The translations under genes were made by a program, and so were the position numbers. From Alphaproteobacteria bacterium (lineage in GTDB: Bacteria; Pseudomonadota; Alphaproteobacteria; UBA828), in assembly GCA_965220745.1 (NCBI GenBank), contig CBDCQT010000013.1, positions 192,001 through 256,000 on the forward strand: a stretch of 64,000 nt of DNA, read 5' to 3'. This document shows, one piece after another, positions 23,235 to 33,198 of this stretch. The notes beneath the pieces are model-generated. The model saw nothing but the letters and a program-made list of their open reading frames with translations. It was not told where the DNA came from and did not search any database. The first letter of the stretch is position 1. The number at the start of each line of letters is the position of its first letter.

Positions 23235-23368
23235 GAATGCCTCCTTCGTTTTGGCGCCGTGCCTCCGGGGAGCGACGGTAATGATACGAAATCGTTGCCG
23301 GTACCAGGCAACCTCTTTGCCGTGCAGTCCGGAAGGAGCAGGAACGCGTCTGCGAACCGGCGTCGGCG

Positions 23369-23402
23369 TGGACAAGGGCGTGCTGATGAGCTACATTGTA
23401 GC
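23369..23402 (+). promoter_or_regulatory. TA promoter TGGACA-N17-TACATT with palindromic operator GCTACA-T-TGTAGC over the -10
   Basis: Read directly upstream of the RelB/DinJ gene. Confidence 0.6.
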
Positions 23403-23430
23403 CCAATAATGCATCCTCGAGGATCGGATC

Positions 23431-23688
23431 ATGAACACCGTCGTCCGCGCCCGCATAGACGAAAAGACCAAGGACGAGGCCGCTGCGGTGCTGGCCGCGA
23501 TCGGCCTTACTGTGTCCGACGCCTTTCGTTTGATGATGGTGCGGATCGCCACCGAGAAGCGACTGCCCTTCGAGCCCCTGGTGCCCAATGACGAGACGAT
23601 CGAGGCCATGAAAGCTGCTCGGCGCGGTGACCTGATCGCCGTCGGAGGCGTGTCTGAACTGATGACCGATCTGAATGCGGACGATTAG
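23431..23688 (+). CDS. dinJ: RelB/DinJ family antitoxin
   Basis: VVRARIDEKTKDEAAAVLAAIGLTVSDAFR..LPFEPLVPNDETIEAM. Confidence 0.9.
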   Translation: MNTVVRARIDEKTKDEAAAVLAAIGLTVSDAFRLMMVRIATEKRLPFEPLVPNDETIEAMKAARRGDLIAVGGVSELMTDLNADD

Positions 23689-23956
23689 ACGGACCGCCGC
23701 GTTCAAACGAGACTACAGACGCGAGAAGAAAGGCCGCTTCGCCAAGACCCTCGACCTAGAGGTCGAGAACGTCGTAGCCGATCTGGCATCCGATCGGCCC
23801 CTACCGCAACGTCATCACGATCACGCGTTGACCGGGCCGTGGAAGGACCATCGCGACTGCCACGTTCGGCCCGATCTGGTTTTAATCTATCGCAAGCCGG
23901 ATACCGACTATCTCGACCTCGTACGTTTGGGCTCCCACAGCGAGCTCGGTCTTTGA
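23675..23956 (+). CDS. yafQ: YafQ family mRNA interferase toxin
   Basis: FKRDYRR, HDHALTG, RDCHVRPDLVLIY, LVRLGSHSEL; overlaps the antitoxin stop. Confidence 0.92.
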   Translation: MRTIRRTAAFKRDYRREKKGRFAKTLDLEVENVVADLASDRPLPQRHHDHALTGPWKDHRDCHVRPDLVLIYRKPDTDYLDLVRLGSHSELGL

Positions 23957-24067
23957 CCGGAGCGGTTGTCGGGTGCAACGAGTCCTCTCTCGATGAAGCT
24001 GGTATTGGGGTGTGGGAGCCGACCGCCGATGGTGGAAAGGGCGGGGCCGTTCGGCATCGCGAGAGCC

Positions 24068-24076
24068 TGATATAAT
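24068..24076 (+). promoter_or_regulatory. Extended -10 TGaTATAAT, 8 nt before ATG 24085
   Basis: Perfect consensus in GC-rich DNA; no SD sequence before the start. Confidence 0.55.
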
Positions 24077-24084
24077 ACCACCCC

Positions 24085-25467
24085 ATGAATCTCCATCGGA
24101 TGCTTGAAGAGCGCGCCCGGGCCGGCAAACCCGTGCGCGTCGGACTGATCGGCGCCGGCAAGTTCGGCACCATGTTCCTGGCCCAGGCGCAGCGCACGCC
24201 CGGCCTTCACGTGATGGCCGTGGCGGACCTGGATCCCGCCCGCGCCGATGCCGCGCTCGCCCGCGCCGGCTGGGAGGAAGGCGAGCGCCGCGTGCGCTCC
24301 TTCGCCCAGGCCATGCAAAGCGGCGGCACCCACGTCTGCGACGATGCGTTCGCACTGATCGGGGCGGACGGCCTGGACGTCGTTATCGACGCGACCGGGC
24401 ACCCGGCCGCGGGCATCGCCCATGCCCGTGCCTGCTTCGCCGCCGGGTGCCATGTGGTGATGGTCAACGTCGAGGCTGACTGCCTTGCCGGGCCGCTGCT
24501 CGCCAAAGAAGCGGCAGAGGCCGGTGTGGTCTATTCGCTCGCCTACGGCGACCAGCCGGCGCTGATCACGGAGATGGTGGATTGGGCGCGGGCTTCGGGC
24601 CTCGATGTCGTCGCCGCCGGTAAGGGCACGCGCTACCAGCCGGGCTTCCACCACGTGACGCCGGACGATGTCTGGACCCACTACGGGCTCACGCCGGCGG
24701 AGGCCGAGGCCGGCGGCATGAACCCGCAGATGTTCAACTCCTTCCTGGACGGCACCAAGTCGGCGATCGAGATGACCGCCGTCGCCAATGCCACAGGGCT
24801 CACGCCTGCGCCCGAGGGGTTGCGCTTCCCGCCCTGCGGGGTCGACGACCTGCCGACAGTGCTCCGGCCGCGCGAGGACGGCGGCACGCTGCACCACAAG
24901 GGCCAGGTCGAGGTGATCGCGAGCGAGGCGCGGGATGGCAGCGCGCTCAACGGGCACCTGCGCTGGGGTGTCTATGCGGTGTTCGAGGCCGGCACCGAGT
25001 ATGTCGCGGCCTGCTTCCGCGAGTACGGGCTCTGTACCGATTCCACGGGGCGCTACGCCTCTATGTACAAGCCCTATCACCTGATCGGGCTGGAGCTCGG
25101 TATCTCGGTGGCGTCCGCCGCCCTGCGCGGCGAGGCCACCGGTGCGCCGACCGGGTTCCGCGCCGACGCGGTGGCCTGCACCAAGGCGCATCTGCAGGCT
25201 GGCACGCGGCTCGATGGGGAAGGGGGCTACACCGTCTTTGGCCGGCTGATGCCGGCTGCGGCGAGCCTCGCCGGCGGCCACCTGCCCATCGGCCTCGCCC
25301 ACGGCATCAAGCTCACCCGTGCCGTGGAGCCGGACACGCCGCTCACTTGGGACGACGTGACTGCCGACGAGGACGATACGGCGGCGGAGGCGGTGCGAAC
25401 CCGGCGCGCGATGGAGACGGCGTTCACACCCGAAGAGCCGGCGGCGCAGGCGGCTACGCCTGCTTGA
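24085..25467 (+). CDS. NAD(P)-dependent oxidoreductase with C-terminal SAF domain (homoserine-dehydrogenase-like)
   Basis: GLIGAGKFG, VMVNVEAD, GDQPA, DGTKSAIEM, LDGEGGY. Confidence 0.88.
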   Translation: MNLHRMLEERARAGKPVRVGLIGAGKFGTMFLAQAQRTPGLHVMAVADLDPARADAALARAGWEEGERRVRSFAQAMQSGGTHVCDDAFALIGADGLDVVIDATGHPAAGIAHARACFAAGCHVVMVNVEADCLAGPLLAKEAAEAGVVYSLAYGDQPALITEMVDWARASGLDVVAAGKGTRYQPGFHHVTPDDVWTHYGLTPAEAEAGGMNPQMFNSFLDGTKSAIEMTAVANATGLTPAPEGLRFPPCGVDDLPTVLRPREDGGTLHHKGQVEVIASEARDGSALNGHLRWGVYAVFEAGTEYVAACFREYGLCTDSTGRYASMYKPYHLIGLELGISVASAALRGEATGAPTGFRADAVACTKAHLQAGTRLDGEGGYTVFGRLMPAAASLAGGHLPIGLAHGIKLTRAVEPDTPLTWDDVTADEDDTAAEAVRTRRAMETAFTPEEPAAQAATPA

Positions 25468-25478
25468 GGGGGAGAATC

Positions 25479-26303
25479 ATGCCCAAGCACCTTTCCGCCG
25501 AGGCCGTCGCGGCCTACGAGCGGGACGGCTTCCACTTCCCGGTCCTGGCCATTTCTGCCGCGGAGGCCCGCGTGATCCGGGCCGACGTGGAGGCCGCCGA
25601 GCGGCATTTTGCAGAACAAGGCGAGCGGATGCGCCATCGGCCCCACCTGCTGGTGACGGCGCTCGATCGCCTAATCCGCAACGAGACGGTGCTCGACGCG
25701 GTGGAGGACCTGCTCGGCCCCAACCTCCTCTGCTGGACCTCGCTTTTCTTCACCAAGGACGCGCACGATCCGGCTTACGTCTCCTGGCACCAGGACTCGA
25801 CCTATTGGGGCCTGAGCAGCCTCGAGGTGGTGACCGCCTGGATCGCGCTCTCGCCCAGCACGGTGGAATCGGGTGCCATGCGGGTCGCGCCCGGCACCCA
25901 TAAGTTCGATCAGATCTCCCACCGCGACGCTTACGGCGAGCACAACATGCTCACGCGCGGCCAGATCGTGGAGCACGATGTGGACGAGGACGCGGCCGTC
26001 GATGTCGTGCTGCAGCCGGGCGAGGCCTCGCTGCACCACGTGCGCCTGATCCACGGCTCCGGCCCCAACAACTCGGACGACCGGCGCATCGGCTTCGCCA
26101 TCCGCTACATCCCCACGCATGTAAAGAACGTGGTCGGGCGCGACTTTGCGGCGCTGGTGCGCGGCATCGACGAGTACGGTTACTTCGATATCGAACGCCG
26201 GCCCGAGCGGGACCTGGAGCCCGAGGCGTTGGCGGCCTACGAGGCCGCGAACGCGAGCCACAATGCTGTGCTCTACGCGGGCGCGGCACAGATGCGCGGC
26301 TGA
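25479..26303 (+). CDS. Phytanoyl-CoA dioxygenase (PhyH) family Fe/2OG dioxygenase
   Basis: YERDGF, SWHQD, HGSGPNNSDDRRIG; GGAG RBS. Confidence 0.9.
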   Translation: MPKHLSAEAVAAYERDGFHFPVLAISAAEARVIRADVEAAERHFAEQGERMRHRPHLLVTALDRLIRNETVLDAVEDLLGPNLLCWTSLFFTKDAHDPAYVSWHQDSTYWGLSSLEVVTAWIALSPSTVESGAMRVAPGTHKFDQISHRDAYGEHNMLTRGQIVEHDVDEDAAVDVVLQPGEASLHHVRLIHGSGPNNSDDRRIGFAIRYIPTHVKNVVGRDFAALVRGIDEYGYFDIERRPERDLEPEALAAYEAANASHNAVLYAGAAQMRG

Positions 26304-26354
26304 TCCGTAACCCATCCCACCTTGTCCCCCTCCCCGGAGGAAAAGCGTAAAGCG

Positions 26355-28391
26355 ATGGCCGGCGACTCGCTGCTCTGGACGCCGTTTCGACTGCGCGGAC
26401 TCGAACTCCGCAACCGCTTCGTCCTGCTGGCCCACTGGAACGGGCTCGACGCGCCAGACGGGACCCCGACGGAGGACCTCGCCGCCTATTACGCGACGCG
26501 GGCACGCGGCGGGGCTGGTCTCATCGTGACTGGCAGCCACGCCATGCATCCGGTCGGCCAGATGAGCCCGAATTACGGCCGGGCGTGGGATCGGGAGGCT
26601 ATTCCGGCCTACCGGCGCCTCGTCGAAGCGGTCCATCCCCACGGCGCGCACGTCTTTGCCCAGCTCAGCCACGCCGGGCATACCAGCCTCAGCCATCCGC
26701 CACGGGAGCTCTGGGCACCCTCGCAGATGCCCGAGCCGTACTCGCGCTACAACACGGTCGAGATGGGGCCGGCGGAGATCAAGGCGGTGGTCGAGGGATT
26801 CGCGGCGTCGGCGGTCAACATGCGCGAGGCGGGCTACGACGGGGTCGAGATCAAGGTCGGTCACGACGGCCTCCTGCGCAGCTTCGTCTCGCCGTTCTTC
26901 AACCGCAGGCAAGACGCCTACGGCGGCTCGTTCGAGAACCGCATGCGCCTTCCACTCGAAGTGCTCGCGGCGATGCGGGACGCGGTTGGCCCCGACTGGC
27001 CCATCTCGGTCCGCCTCTGCCTGCATGAGTACACCCCGTTCGGCTACGGCCTGGACTACGGTCTTGAGGTGGGCCGGGCGCTCGCGGCAAGCGGGCATGT
27101 CGATCTCTTCAGCTCGGACGCGGGATCGTTCAGCAGCTTCTGGATGGAGGTCCCGCCGGCAGCGGTGCCGCAGCTCGCCTTCAATGACCTGAATGCCGCT
27201 CTCAAGCGCGCGACCCCGATCCCGGTGGTCGCCTTCGGCCGGATCAAGAAGCCGGTGGATGCCGAGCGGATCCTGCGTGACGGCGATGCCGACCTCATCG
27301 GCATGGCGCGCCCGCTCATCGCGGACCCGGAGCTGCCCAACAAGGTCCGCGAGGGCCGGCTTCGCGAAGTGCGGCCCTGCATCGCCTGCAACGACGCCTG
27401 CATCCTGCAGATCATGCAGCGAGACCCGATCCGCTGCGTGTCGAACCCCGCGGCCGGGCGCGAACTGCGGCGCAGTGCCGTGATGCCGGCAACGACGCCC
27501 GGTCACGTGGCGGTGATCGGCGGCGGCCCGGCCGGGCTGAGCGCCGCGGTGACCCTTGCGCGGCGCGGCCATCGCGTCACCCTGTTCGAACGCGAGAACG
27601 AGCCGGGTGGCCTCATCCGGCTCGCCGCACGCCAGCCGCTTCACGCCGAAATCGGGGAAGCAGTGCTGCATCTCGCCTCTGAGGCGGAACGTCTCGGGGT
27701 CGATGTTCGGTTGGGCGTGGAGGCGAGTGCGGACGCGATCGAGGCGCTCGGCCCCGACGCGCTGGTCGTCGCCACCGGCTCGCGCCCCTACATGCCGGGG
27801 CGCGCCGCCCCCGACGGGCCGAGCCCCCCTGTCGCGTTGGAGGGCCTCTGGGCCTCGATGGGCGGGCTCGTCCCCGGCGTCGCCGACGACCCGCGAGTGG
27901 TCTCCACCGACGACGTGATGTCGGGACGTGTCGACGCGGGCCACAGCGTCGTGGTACTCGACCGCAACGCGCACTGGGAGGCGTGCGGCACCGCCGAGTT
28001 TCTGCTGGAGGCGGGTCGGCAGGTTGAGTTCGTGACGCCGCTCGGGGCGGCCGGAGCGGACCTCGAACCGAGCAACGCCGCGCTCTTCTATCAGCGCGTC
28101 CGTCCGCGCGGGCTTCGCATCACCTTGCACGCTGACATCCGCGCGATCGAGCCGGAGGGCGTGGTCCTGGTCGACGTCCACACCAACGAAGAACGGGTCC
28201 TCCGCGATGTGGATACGATCGTGCTCGCCATCGGGCGCCGATCGAACGACGCGCTTTTCTGGATGTTGCGAGAGCGGCTGCCCACCTTCCGCATCGGAGA
28301 CTGCCGCGCGCCGCGCTTGCTCCAGCATGCGATCTACGACGGGGACACCATCGGGCGCGAGCTCGAAGCGCAGCTCGCCGCGGCCGAATGA
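26355..28391 (+). CDS. FadH/OYE-family NADH:flavin oxidoreductase (FMN barrel, 4Fe-4S, FAD domain)
   Basis: RARGGAGLI, DAYGGSFENR, CIACNDAC..C, IGGGPAG. Confidence 0.9.
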   Translation: MAGDSLLWTPFRLRGLELRNRFVLLAHWNGLDAPDGTPTEDLAAYYATRARGGAGLIVTGSHAMHPVGQMSPNYGRAWDREAIPAYRRLVEAVHPHGAHVFAQLSHAGHTSLSHPPRELWAPSQMPEPYSRYNTVEMGPAEIKAVVEGFAASAVNMREAGYDGVEIKVGHDGLLRSFVSPFFNRRQDAYGGSFENRMRLPLEVLAAMRDAVGPDWPISVRLCLHEYTPFGYGLDYGLEVGRALAASGHVDLFSSDAGSFSSFWMEVPPAAVPQLAFNDLNAALKRATPIPVVAFGRIKKPVDAERILRDGDADLIGMARPLIADPELPNKVREGRLREVRPCIACNDACILQIMQRDPIRCVSNPAAGRELRRSAVMPATTPGHVAVIGGGPAGLSAAVTLARRGHRVTLFERENEPGGLIRLAARQPLHAEIGEAVLHLASEAERLGVDVRLGVEASADAIEALGPDALVVATGSRPYMPGRAAPDGPSPPVALEGLWASMGGLVPGVADDPRVVSTDDVMSGRVDAGHSVVVLDRNAHWEACGTAEFLLEAGRQVEFVTPLGAAGADLEPSNAALFYQRVRPRGLRITLHADIRAIEPEGVVLVDVHTNEERVLRDVDTIVLAIGRRSNDALFWMLRERLPTFRIGDCRAPRLLQHAIYDGDTIGRELEAQLAAAE

Positions 28392-28434
28392 CAACGGTTG
28401 CGGTGCGGGCGGGCGTCCCAGGATGGAGGATTCC

Positions 28435-29847
28435 ATGACGGATTTGTCCCTCGCCTACACACCGGCGACGACGCTCGCCGGATTGATCAGGGAGAGGAAG
28501 GTCTCGCCCGTCGAGGTGGTGCAGAACAGTCTCGCCCGTATCGAGGAGGTGAACGGCGCGCTCAATGCGTTCTGCTTCACCTATCCCGAGGAAGCGCTGG
28601 CTCACGCACGGGAGGCCGAGCGCGCGATCATGGCGGGAGAGCCGCTCGGGCCGCTCCACGGCGTGCCCATCGCCATCAAGGACCTGACGCCGACCAAGGG
28701 AAAGCGAACCACGCTCGGCTCCCTGATCTACGAGAACTGGGTGCCGGACTTCGACGTGCCCATCGTCGAGCGCCTGCGCGCCGCAGGCAGCATCCTGGTG
28801 GGCAAGACCACGACGCCCGAGTTCGCCTACGCCGGCTTCTGCAAGAGCGCGCTCTGGGGCGACACCAATAATCCCTGGAATACGACGCGCTCGCCGGGCG
28901 GCTCGTCCGGTGGGTCGGGCGCTGCGGTCGCGACCGGCTGCGTACCTCTCGCGGAGGGGACCGACGCGGGAGGCTCGGTCCGCATTCCGGCGGCCTATTG
29001 CGGCACTGTCGGCCTGAAACCGACGTTCGGGCGCATCCCGCTCCAGATGCTGCCAACCGCGTTCGACGACCTGCTTCACTTCGGCCCGCTCTCGCGGACG
29101 GTGGCGGACGCTGCGCTGTTTCTGAGCGTCACCCAGGGCCCCGACGATCGCGACTTTCTGTCGCTGCCTGCGGGACCCGACATCCAGGTGCCGCCGCCAG
29201 CGGACATCCGGGGCCTCAAGCTCGCGGTGAACGACGACTTCGGCTTCTACGCCATCGACGACGACGTGCGCGCCCAGACCCGGGAGGCCGTGCGTGCTCT
29301 CGAAGATGCCGGGGCCACGGTCGAGGATGTGGAGATCGCCTGGACCCGCGACGTCATCGATCGCTGGGTCGATCACTGGGGCGTGCTGCAGGCCGTCTGC
29401 TTCGGCCAGCATCTCGACGAGTGGCGGGAGCGGATGGATCCGGTGCTGGTCTCCTACATGGACAGGGGCCTCGCCATGAGCGCGCTCGATTTCAAGAACA
29501 TCGAGATCTTCCGCACGCAGATGTGGGAGGACCTGCGGCCGATCTTCGCCGAGTACGACGCGCTGCTGACGCCCACCTGCGCGCAGCCGCCCCCGCCCAA
29601 CGACACGCTCGATCCGGACTATTACCGCCTGGACGAGCAGGGGCGCTTCTGCGGGCTCTACATGACCTACCCGTTCAACTTTCTGCATCAATGCCCGGCG
29701 CTCGCGGTGCCCTCCGGGGTCACGAGGTCGGGGCTGCCGACCAGCCTGCAGATCGTCGGCCGGCGCCACGACGACAACGGCGTGCTGCGGGTGGGCGCCG
29801 CGCTCGAGGCGGTCCGTCCCTGGGCCGAGCGCAAGCCGCCGCTGTGA
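28435..29847 (+). CDS. Amidase-signature family amidase
   Basis: GVPIAIKD, SPGGSSGGSG, GTDAGGSVRIPA; GGAGGA RBS. Confidence 0.93.
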   Translation: MTDLSLAYTPATTLAGLIRERKVSPVEVVQNSLARIEEVNGALNAFCFTYPEEALAHAREAERAIMAGEPLGPLHGVPIAIKDLTPTKGKRTTLGSLIYENWVPDFDVPIVERLRAAGSILVGKTTTPEFAYAGFCKSALWGDTNNPWNTTRSPGGSSGGSGAAVATGCVPLAEGTDAGGSVRIPAAYCGTVGLKPTFGRIPLQMLPTAFDDLLHFGPLSRTVADAALFLSVTQGPDDRDFLSLPAGPDIQVPPPADIRGLKLAVNDDFGFYAIDDDVRAQTREAVRALEDAGATVEDVEIAWTRDVIDRWVDHWGVLQAVCFGQHLDEWRERMDPVLVSYMDRGLAMSALDFKNIEIFRTQMWEDLRPIFAEYDALLTPTCAQPPPPNDTLDPDYYRLDEQGRFCGLYMTYPFNFLHQCPALAVPSGVTRSGLPTSLQIVGRRHDDNGVLRVGAALEAVRPWAERKPPL

Positions 29848-29929
29848 TCCTCCGGCCCTTGCCCGCATTGCGCTTTGACGCAGCCTTGGGCATAAACGCG
29901 GCGCGTTCGTTGGGAGCGAGGCGACGGTC

Positions 29930-31246
29930 ATGCGGCGCTCACGTTACTTCCTGCCGACACTGAGAGAGAACCCGGCCGAGGCGCAAATCGTCTCGCACCG
30001 GCTGATGCTGCGCGCCGGCATGATCCGGCAGTCGAGCGCAGGCATCTACAGCTGGCTGCCCCTCGGCCACCGGGTGCTGCGCAAGATCGAGCAGGTGGTG
30101 CGCGAGGAGATGGACGCCGCCGGCTGCCAAGAAATCCTGATGCCGGCGATCCAGCCGGCCGAGCTCTGGGAGGAGAGCGGTCGCTACCACGACTACGGCA
30201 AGGAGATGCTGCGCATCACCGACCGGCACGAGCGCCCGATGCTGTTCGGCCCGACCCATGAAGAGGTCGTGACCGACATCTTCCGGGGCTCGGTGCGCAG
30301 CTACCGCGACCTGCCGCAGAACCTCTATCAGATTCAGTGGAAGTTCCGGGACGAGCTGCGCCCGCGTTTCGGCATCATGCGGGGCCGCGAGTTCTACATG
30401 AAGGACAACTACTCCTTCGACATCGACCATGCTGGCGCCGTGCGCTCCTACAACAAGATGTTCGTGGCCTATCTGCGCACCTTCGCTCGGCTCGGGCTCA
30501 CCTCGATCCCCATGCAGGCGGAGAGCGGGGCCATCGGCGGCGACTACAGCCACGAGTTCATCGTGCTGGCGGATACGGGCGAGAGCGCCGTCTATTGCGA
30601 CCGCGCCTGGCTCGATACCGACCCGCTCGCGTTGGGGATCGACTACGAGGCGGACCTGCAGCCCATCGTGGACGAGTGGACTCGGCTCTACGCCGCCACC
30701 GACGACAAGCACGACACCGCCGCCTGCCCGGTGCCCGAGGACGCTCTCTACCAGGGGCGGGGCATCGAGGTCGGCCACATCTTCTATTTCGGCACCAAGT
30801 ACTCGAAGGCGATGGGCGCCACGGTGACAGACCCGGACGGCGCCGAGGTCGCGGTCGAGATGGGCTCCTACGGCATCGGCGTCTCGCGCCTCGCGGGCGC
30901 GATCATCGAGGCGGGCCACGACGATGCGGGCATCATCTGGCCCGAGGTCGTGGCCCCGTTCAAAGTGGGCCTGATCAACCTGCGCGCGGGCGATGCGGCG
31001 TGCGACGAGGCCTGCGAAGCGCTCTACGGGCGGCTCGTCGAGGCGGGAGTCGAGGTGCTCTACGACGACCGGGACGAGCGCGCGGGCGTCAAGTTCGCCG
31101 AGATGGAGCTGATCGGGCTGCCCTGGCAGGTCGCGGTCGGCCCGCGCGGTGTCAAGGCGGGCACGGCAGAGCTGAAGGCGCGGGCCGGCGGAGAAGCCGA
31201 TGCGCTCTCGTTCGAGGCGGTGTCGGCGCGCTTGATCGGGGGCTGA
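29930..31246 (+). CDS. proS: Proline--tRNA ligase (short alphaproteobacterial type)
   Basis: [50 protein letters not shown]. Confidence 0.97.
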   Translation: MRRSRYFLPTLRENPAEAQIVSHRLMLRAGMIRQSSAGIYSWLPLGHRVLRKIEQVVREEMDAAGCQEILMPAIQPAELWEESGRYHDYGKEMLRITDRHERPMLFGPTHEEVVTDIFRGSVRSYRDLPQNLYQIQWKFRDELRPRFGIMRGREFYMKDNYSFDIDHAGAVRSYNKMFVAYLRTFARLGLTSIPMQAESGAIGGDYSHEFIVLADTGESAVYCDRAWLDTDPLALGIDYEADLQPIVDEWTRLYAATDDKHDTAACPVPEDALYQGRGIEVGHIFYFGTKYSKAMGATVTDPDGAEVAVEMGSYGIGVSRLAGAIIEAGHDDAGIIWPEVVAPFKVGLINLRAGDAACDEACEALYGRLVEAGVEVLYDDRDERAGVKFAEMELIGLPWQVAVGPRGVKAGTAELKARAGGEADALSFEAVSARLIGG

Positions 31247-31258
31247 CGGCCGGCGCGC

Positions 31259-32503
31259 ATGTTCTCGGCGTTCGAGCGCCTCGTCGCGTTTCGTTACCTG
31301 CGCGCCCGCCGGCAGGAAGGTCTCGTCTCGGTCATCGCGGCGTTCTCGCTGATCGGGATTTTCCTGGGCGTCGCCACGCTCATCATCGTCATGTCGGTGA
31401 TGAACGGCTTTCGCGAGGAGCTGCTGACACGGATTCTCGGGCTCAACGGCCACATGACCACCTATGCCTTCGAGGACGGCTTTACCGACTACGATGCGCT
31501 CGTGGGGCGTATCGAAGGGGTGGACGGCGTCGTCACCGTCTCGCCCATCGTCACCGGGCAGGTAATCGCGGCAGCGAACGGCAGGGCCACCTTCGGCCAG
31601 GTGCGTGGCGTGCGCGAGGCACACCTGGAGGCGCGGCCGTTGCTGACGGAGAACGTGCTCGCGGGCACGCTCGACGGTTTTGCCGCCGGTGAAGGCGTCG
31701 TGATCGGCAACCGCATGGCCCGCAGGATCGGTGTCGGCGTCGGCGATTCGATCACGCTTCTCTCGCCGGAGGGCCGTACCACCCTGATGGGGTCGGTGCC
31801 GCGCTCGCGCGCCTATCCGGTGGCGGCGATCTTCGAAATCGGCATGTTCGAGTACGACAACACGTTCGTCTTCATGCCGCTCGACCTGGCCCAGATCTAC
31901 TTCAGGAAGAAGGGCGCGGTCACCGCCATCGAAATGACGGTCGCCGATCCCGAGCGCATACGGGAGGTCGAGGCGGGCGTGAAGGCGGTCGTGGGCGGTC
32001 AGGGCTGGATCGTCGACTGGCGCCGAGCCAACGCGCAATTCGTCAACGCGCTCCAGGTCGAGCGCAACGTCATGTTCGTGATCCTGACCCTGATCGTGCT
32101 GGTGGCCGCCTTCAACATCATCGCCGGACTAATCATGGTGGTGAAGGACAAGGGGCGCGATATTGCGATCCTGCGAACCATGGGGGCGACGCGCGGGCAA
32201 ATCCTGCGCATCTTCTTCATGAACGGCGCAGCGATCGGCGTGGCGGGGACAGTGCTGGGCGTGGGCGGCGGTGTCGCCTTCGCCGCCAACATCGACACCA
32301 TTCGGGTCTGGCTCGAGGGCCTGACCGATACGGAGTTGTTCCCGGCCGAGATCCGCTTCCTCTCGCAACTGCCGTCGCGGACCGATCCGACCGAGGTGGT
32401 GATCGTGGCAGCGATGGCGATCGGGCTCTCGTTCCTGGCGACGATCTATCCCGCCTGGCGGGCGGCGCGGCTCGATCCGGTGGAGGCGCTCCGGTATGAG
32501 TAG
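31259..32503 (+). CDS. lolE: Lipoprotein-releasing ABC permease LolC/E
   Basis: AFRYLRARR, LIIVMSVMNGF, DIAILRTMGA, YPAWRAARLDPVEALRYE. Confidence 0.95.
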   Translation: MFSAFERLVAFRYLRARRQEGLVSVIAAFSLIGIFLGVATLIIVMSVMNGFREELLTRILGLNGHMTTYAFEDGFTDYDALVGRIEGVDGVVTVSPIVTGQVIAAANGRATFGQVRGVREAHLEARPLLTENVLAGTLDGFAAGEGVVIGNRMARRIGVGVGDSITLLSPEGRTTLMGSVPRSRAYPVAAIFEIGMFEYDNTFVFMPLDLAQIYFRKKGAVTAIEMTVADPERIREVEAGVKAVVGGQGWIVDWRRANAQFVNALQVERNVMFVILTLIVLVAAFNIIAGLIMVVKDKGRDIAILRTMGATRGQILRIFFMNGAAIGVAGTVLGVGGGVAFAANIDTIRVWLEGLTDTELFPAEIRFLSQLPSRTDPTEVVIVAAMAIGLSFLATIYPAWRAARLDPVEALRYE

Positions 32504-33194
32504 CCCGCAAGAGAGCAGTGCGTCCTCGCTGGAACTGCGCGGGGTGATGCAGACCTTCTATCAGGCCGGCAACGCCATCGAGGTGCTGAAAGGCGCCTCG
32601 CTTGCCGTGTTGCCGGGCGAGATGGTGGCGCTGGTCGGCCCGTCGGGTGCCGGCAAGTCGACCCTGTTGCAGATCGCGGGGCTGCTGGAACGGCCGCGCG
32701 CCGGCGAGGTCGCCATCGCGGGCGAGCGCTGCGAAGGCCTGCCGGACCGGCGGCGGACGAGGCTCAGGCGCGAGCGTCTGGGTTTCATCTATCAGTTCCA
32801 CCACCTGCTGGCCGAGTTCTCGGCGCTGGAGAACGTGGTGCTACCGCAGATGATCGCGGGCCGCTCCAAGCGCCAAGCGCGGGAGCGGGCACGGGAGCTG
32901 CTGGGTCGCCTCGGGCTCGATGCGCGCGAGGGGCACCGGCCCTCACGGCTTTCGGGCGGCGAGCAGCAGCGCGTCGCCATCGCGCGCGCCATCGCCAACG
33001 CGCCTGCGGTGCTGCTCGCGGACGAGCCCACGGGCAACCTCGACCACGAAACTGCGGACTCAGTGTTTGCGGCGCTCCTCGATATCGTGCGCACCACCGG
33101 GCTTGCCGCGCTGGTCGCCACCCACAACATGGCGCTGGCCGAGCGCATGGACCGGCAGCTTGCGCTGGAGAACGGCGTGCTCGTCTCGCTCTGA
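32496..33194 (+). CDS. lolD: Lipoprotein-releasing ABC ATPase
   Basis: GPSGAGKST, GFIYQFHHLL, LSGGEQQR, ADEPTGNLD. Confidence 0.95.
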   Translation: MSSPQESSASSLELRGVMQTFYQAGNAIEVLKGASLAVLPGEMVALVGPSGAGKSTLLQIAGLLERPRAGEVAIAGERCEGLPDRRRTRLRRERLGFIYQFHHLLAEFSALENVVLPQMIAGRSKRQARERARELLGRLGLDAREGHRPSRLSGGEQQRVAIARAIANAPAVLLADEPTGNLDHETADSVFAALLDIVRTTGLAALVATHNMALAERMDRQLALENGVLVSL

Positions 33195-33198
33195 ACCG

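Noticed and set aside
25671-32038. Long antisense ORFs (921, 603 and 699 aa) and many similar ones across the window
   Set aside because: Expected artefacts of high-GC codon bias opposite well-supported genes; no recognisable motifs
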